Shown: positions 60,445 to 64,000 of the stretch, in pieces
How the letters are laid out: the number at the start of each line of letters is the position of its first letter
Numbering within the stretch: position 1 is the stretch's first letter
DNA from: a bacterium
GTDB lineage: Bacteria; Electryoneota; Electryoneia; Electryoneales; Electryoneaceae
Length of the DNA stretch: 64,000 nt
Direction: 5' to 3'
NCBI GenBank assembly: GCA_963669175.1
Contig: OY769902.1
Span: 4,736,001-4,800,000, forward strand
Notes under the pieces: model-generated
Database searches by the model: none
What the model saw: only the letters and a program-made list of their open reading frames with translations
Told to the model about the DNA's origin: nothing
Position numbers and translations under genes: made by a program

Positions 60445-61010
60445 TTGACGTTCACCTCACGAATGTTGTCCGGTCCGAAAATGAATTCAATCACCAGTTG
60501 ATCCACCAGCGTAACCGTGTTGTTCTTGAACACGCCCTGCTTGCTGGTTGATGTGGGTATTGAAAACAGATGGTCCACCTGCCCGGGTTGCAGAGAATAG
60601 TATCCAGTCAAAACTGCTACATATTGCGCGTCCTTGGAACGATCCAGCTCGATCGCATCCAGGTCGCCCGGCTTTATTGTAAAATCCTGATAGATCAGGA
60701 ACGAAGGATCGGGATAACCACCCGCAAGCAGGGTTCGCAAGCCATCCTGAGTCGTAACCAGTTGCTTGTACGTTTTCGTATCGGAAAGCTGGTATACAAC
60801 CATGCGGAGCGTGTGGGCTTCCTCATCAAAACGATTCAGCAGTGAATCCGCTTCAAACTCGACAACAATGCCATTGGTCTGAAAACCCCAGTCCGGTCCA
60901 ATGGAGCGTTGCGTGTAACAACCGGCGACCAGCAGCCCCGCCAGGAAACCGACCAGGCAAAGTCGCGGGAGTACACTTGCAATACGCTGTTTGTGTTCGT
61001 GTAACCTCAT
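60441..61010 (-). CDS. tssJ: T6SS outer-membrane lipoprotein TssJ
   Basis: Lipobox VAGC; ADSLLN...HTL.MVVYQL, YVAVLTGY; overlaps tssK start. Confidence 0.85.
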   Translation of the reverse strand: MRLHEHKQRIASVLPRLCLVGFLAGLLVAGCYTQRSIGPDWGFQTNGIVVEFEADSLLNRFDEEAHTLRMVVYQLSDTKTYKQLVTTQDGLRTLLAGGYPDPSFLIYQDFTIKPGDLDAIELDRSKDAQYVAVLTGYYSLQPGQVDHLFSIPTSTSKQGVFKNNTVTLVDQLVIEFIFGPDNIREVNVK

Positions 61011-61427
61011 TGGCTTCCGATTTGGAAATGGTCAGATGTGCCCACAGTTCTCCCCTATAAGAAGAAAAGGTACAAGAAGCGCTGAGATAATGCAACTGGA
61101 CAACTACGATACATGCAAGTAATTGGCACACTTTTATAATACTTATCCTGTTCTTTTTACAGCAGTTAATACATTTCCTCCCATTCCGACAAGATGCTTT
61201 CAGGCTGTTCCACTCAAATCCTGCTCAAACAGTTCCCTACTTCTTGATTATGTTTCAGATAGGTGCTGTGGAAGCGCGTTTTCACAAGGTATCTTAAAGC
61301 CAATTCTGCTTATGGTTTGTTATTTATCAAGTTAGCCGTTTTCATGAAAAGGCTGACATTTTTGTGGTGTGTTAATCTGATACCTATGACTTCTATGAAG
61401 TTTGAAAGTTGAAAAGTTCTAAAGTCA

Positions 61428-61962
61428 TTGTCCCGATGCGCTCATGAATTTTCCAGGAAATCAGCAGAAGTGTGAATATTCCTGCTGCAACAAACATGGA
61501 ACACACACAACCTGCGGATCGGCCACCCTCGTAGAAGTTTGAAAGTTGGAAAGTTGGAAAGTTGGAAAGTTGGAAAGTTGGAAAGTTGGAAAGTTGGAAA
61601 GTTGGAAAGTTCAAAAGTTATTCTGTCATCCCCGACTTGATCGGGGATCTCGAGATTCGATGTGAGTATCCTTTTGGCCCCGTCGGCTTGAAGTCGCCGT
61701 AGCTTGCGAAGGGAAAGTTCTACAGTACATAAGTTCTAAAGCTATTGTTTTGGCCCCGCCGGCTTGAAGTCGCCGTAGCTTGCGAAGGCGACTGCCCGGC
61801 GGGGTTTATTCTAACAAGAGAATCAGTCCTTCTGTTTTCATCTTTTGAGGCTGGAAGATCTTGTCCCGATGCACTCACAGTTCAACGAAGAAGTAAGTAA
61901 ATGCGATACTATTTCTGCGATTGCATGAGTGGAAGCATCCAAACCTGCGGATCGGCCACTCT
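61428..61962. repeat. Repeat mosaic: two half-copies of family-2 element (61428-61530, 61861-61962), 8-bp gaaagttg tandem (61535-61612), REP-like palindromes
   Basis: ttgtcccgatgc.ctca...aacctgcggatcggccac units; tgtcatccccgacttgatcggggatc; ggccccg.cggcttgaagtcgccgtagcttgcgaagg x2. Confidence 0.8.
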
Positions 61963-62066
61963 TGAGCAAGTTTAAAAGTTGACAAGAAGTTGACAAGTTG
62001 GAAAGTTCTAAAGTTATTAAATACAGGTTGTTTATCCTTATCATCCTTGCCATCCTGTACATTCAA

Positions 62067-62192
62067 CTCGAGATCCCCGGTCAAGCCGGGGATGACATGT
62101 AGCCGGGGATGACATGTAGCCGGGGATGACATATGACAAGCCGGGGATGACATATGACAAGCCGGGGATGACATGTAGCCGGGGACGACATG
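62067..62192. repeat. Six tandem agccggggatgacat units attached to a REP-like palindrome
   Basis: 17-21 bp period, no unique spacers. Confidence 0.85.
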
Positions 62193-62495
62193 TGGAACGG
62201 AGTGATATGCGAGCGAAGCTGACATGTGAGGCGGAACAGGTACAAGAGTCCGACATATGAACGCCCCCCGTACGGGGGAGGGCCGACGGGGGGCTTGGGG
62301 GTTCCACGGCTCTGGTGCGGAGTGCCGTGGAGGTATTTATACGTTCAAGTGCAACTAACCTTCACATCAAAACCATGCCTGTTGTTTGTCGCGTCACACC
62401 GTCAGGTCACACTTCCGCTTCGCGTCCGCAAGACCTGACGGAACCTGTTTCGCGCTGCCATTCATTCACAGAACTCCGGGAACCTTACACCCAAA

Positions 62496-62566
62496 AACTC
62501 TGAGAACCTGACGCCCATAGAACTCTTAGAACCTGACACCCATAGAACTCTTAGAACCTGAAACCA
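62496..62566. repeat. About 24-bp triple tandem repeat downstream of the OmpA gene
   Basis: aactcttagaacctgacacccatag-like units. Confidence 0.8.
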
Positions 62567-64000
62567 TCAATTCGATGACACCGACCTCACCACATTCAGC
62601 ATGATGACTTCCAGACGACGGTTCTTGGATCTGCCGTCCTTTGTCTCGTTCGTTGCAATCGGCCTGTCTTCACCATGTCCGACATAGTTCACGTAGCCAG
62701 GTTTCAGTTTCTTCGAATTCGCCAGCAGGTATTCGAAAACCGACAGCGCACGTCGTTCCGAAAGTTGCTGGTTTGCACGAGTGTCACCCTGGGCATCGGT
62801 ATGGCCTTCAACGCGAACCTTGTTATCCGGGAATTCTTCCAGGGCGATGATCACTCGACGCAGCAGGTCATACGATTCCGGCGGGATATCCGAGGAACCG
62901 GAAGCGAATTGCAATCCAATCAGGCGCAGAATAATATCACTGCCATCGATCAGGATATCGGCTTCGTGTTCGTTCAGCAGTTCACGCAACCTGCGCAATC
63001 GTGCTTCCTGTTCACGCCGGATTTCCTCTTCCAGGCGCTTCTTTTCCATCTCGGTTTCGTACTCACTGGCCAGTGCGCCGTATTCATTACGCCAGCGAGC
63101 AAGTTCTTCGTTTGCCTGGGCAAGCGCCAAGGCGAGGCTATCGTTTTCTGTCTGCAGCGAATCAATCCGTGCCTGCAGAGCGAGGTTATCTCCGAACAGC
63201 CCACGAATAGTGGCAATAATACCCTCGGTTGGCGGTTCAAGCCCCTTTTCGAAAGCCGGCTTATAGCTGATAACCTGCCCGATGGCACTCATGGCGGAAT
63301 CAGCCTGCAACCAGGTAAGCTCAAACGCATCTTTTTTCTTGCGGTATTCACGTGCCCACTGACTGATCCGGTTGGCGTAGGTGGCGTGATACAATGCCTT
63401 TGCCGCTATTTTGTTTCCCAGCACACGGTTGTAACGATCCTCTTCCAGCAGCTCGAAAGTCTTGTCGACGAACTGGTAGGCCAGTTGCAGATTACGTGGC
63501 GAATACTTCTCCGCCCCAAGCTTCTCTGCCTGGTCAATCATGATGCGAGCGTCTTGAGTAATGACCATCTGGATGGCGTAAAGTTCAGCTTCACGGAACA
63601 ATACTTCCGCTTCATCAGCGTACTGCATCGCATTCGGATGGTTGTCTTTGGTTAATGCGTCAATGGCATCACGGAACAACCCTTCAGCCAGCACCCAGGC
63701 CTTCGGCGAATGCCCCAACGCAGCCTGTACAGGTTCACAATCGGCTCGCGCTTCTATGACATCCTTGAAAACTTCCTGGAATCGTTCCGTAGTCCACTGC
63801 GCATCCTGCATGGCTTTTTCGGCAGCTCCAATCGCTTCCTTTGCTTCGAACAGGTTGCCTTTATCGAGAAGCTTTTGTGCGTTCCGTATATGTCCTTCCG
63901 CCTCAGAAAACGCTTCCTCCGCCAGCAGGTCGGCGCTTTCCAGTTTCAGCTCGTTCAGGCGGGTTTTTGCCTGCGAAATCTGCTCTTCAAGTTCTGCCGC
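62567..64000 (-). CDS. Coiled-coil protein with C-terminal OmpA-like peptidoglycan-binding domain, 5' end outside window
   Basis: Frame stays open from 63811 to 64000; VEGHTDAQG, NQQLSERRA, GHGEDRPIATN, NRRLE. Confidence 0.9.
   Translation of the reverse strand, partial: AAELEEQISQAKTRLNELKLESADLLAEEAFSEAEGHIRNAQKLLDKGNLFEAKEAIGAAEKAMQDAQWTTERFQEVFKDVIEARADCEPVQAALGHSPKAWVLAEGLFRDAIDALTKDNHPNAMQYADEAEVLFREAELYAIQMVITQDARIMIDQAEKLGAEKYSPRNLQLAYQFVDKTFELLEEDRYNRVLGNKIAAKALYHATYANRISQWAREYRKKKDAFELTWLQADSAMSAIGQVISYKPAFEKGLEPPTEGIIATIRGLFGDNLALQARIDSLQTENDSLALALAQANEELARWRNEYGALASEYETEMEKKRLEEEIRREQEARLRRLRELLNEHEADILIDGSDIILRLIGLQFASGSSDIPPESYDLLRRVIIALEEFPDNKVRVEGHTDAQGDTRANQQLSERRALSVFEYLLANSKKLKPGYVNYVGHGEDRPIATNETKDGRSKNRRLEVIMLNVVRSVSSN

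Noticed and set aside
61110-61135. Sigma-54 promoter upstream of tssJ
   Set aside because: Minus strand reads TGCCAATTACTTGCA, lacking the invariant GG at -24
61393-61614. ORF with NFPTFQLS repeats (and VIPG-repeat ORFs at 61875-62307, 40032-40277)
   Set aside because: Translation artefacts of tandem DNA repeats
62067-62192. Possible CRISPR array (also 40090-40230 and 62496-62566)
   Set aside because: Short period, no unique spacers of constant length, no cas genes
62226-62335. Possible group II intron domain V/VI remnant (gagccg... on minus strand)
   Set aside because: Does not fit the domain V stem-loop layout; better explained as GC-rich REP-like hairpins; no RT nearby
62567-64000. OmpA protein as a T6SS TagL-type accessory component
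   Set aside because: Separated from tssJ by 1.5 kb of repeats and lacks features tying it to T6SS; cannot be supported

Overview
Window from a Gram-negative bacterium, probably FCB-group (inferred from many secreted proteins ending in a YPNPFN-type Por/T9SS C-terminal sorting domain). Every credible gene but one is on the minus strand. In order: a barrel-only Omp85-family gene (cut by the window edge), an S8 protease, a beta-helix T9SS gene plus a broken partner, a 2590-aa multidomain T9SS protein, housekeeping genes (frr, M23 peptidase, a stand-alone MshEN-repeat protein, SPOR lipoprotein, metalloprotease, hpnC/hpnD, phosphomannomutase), a second paralogous beta-helix/broken-partner locus, a TPR-transglutaminase lipoprotein, an FG-GAP T9SS gene (the only plus-strand gene), a higBA-type module, a proteobacterial-type T6SS cluster (tssJKLM-tagF-tssABC-hcp-tssEFG-clpV, no vgrG/PAAR in the window) and an OmpA-domain gene. 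Intergenic DNA carries several families of small repeats. The strongest novelty candidates are: (1) a family of GAAAAGG-core-CCTTTTC sites whose inverted arrays bracket the lone plus-strand gene, with related sites at a gene-deletion junction; (2) the duplicated two-gene T9SS locus with conserved/variable mosaic structure and a covarying structured spacer; (3) a T6SS-i in a T9SS-type host; (4) a ~332-bp MITE with 8-bp target duplications; (5) recurrent ELD motifs at domain junctions. No rRNA, tRNA, CRISPR, transposase, recombinase or reverse transcriptase gene was recognised. All assignments are by eye; no searches were run.
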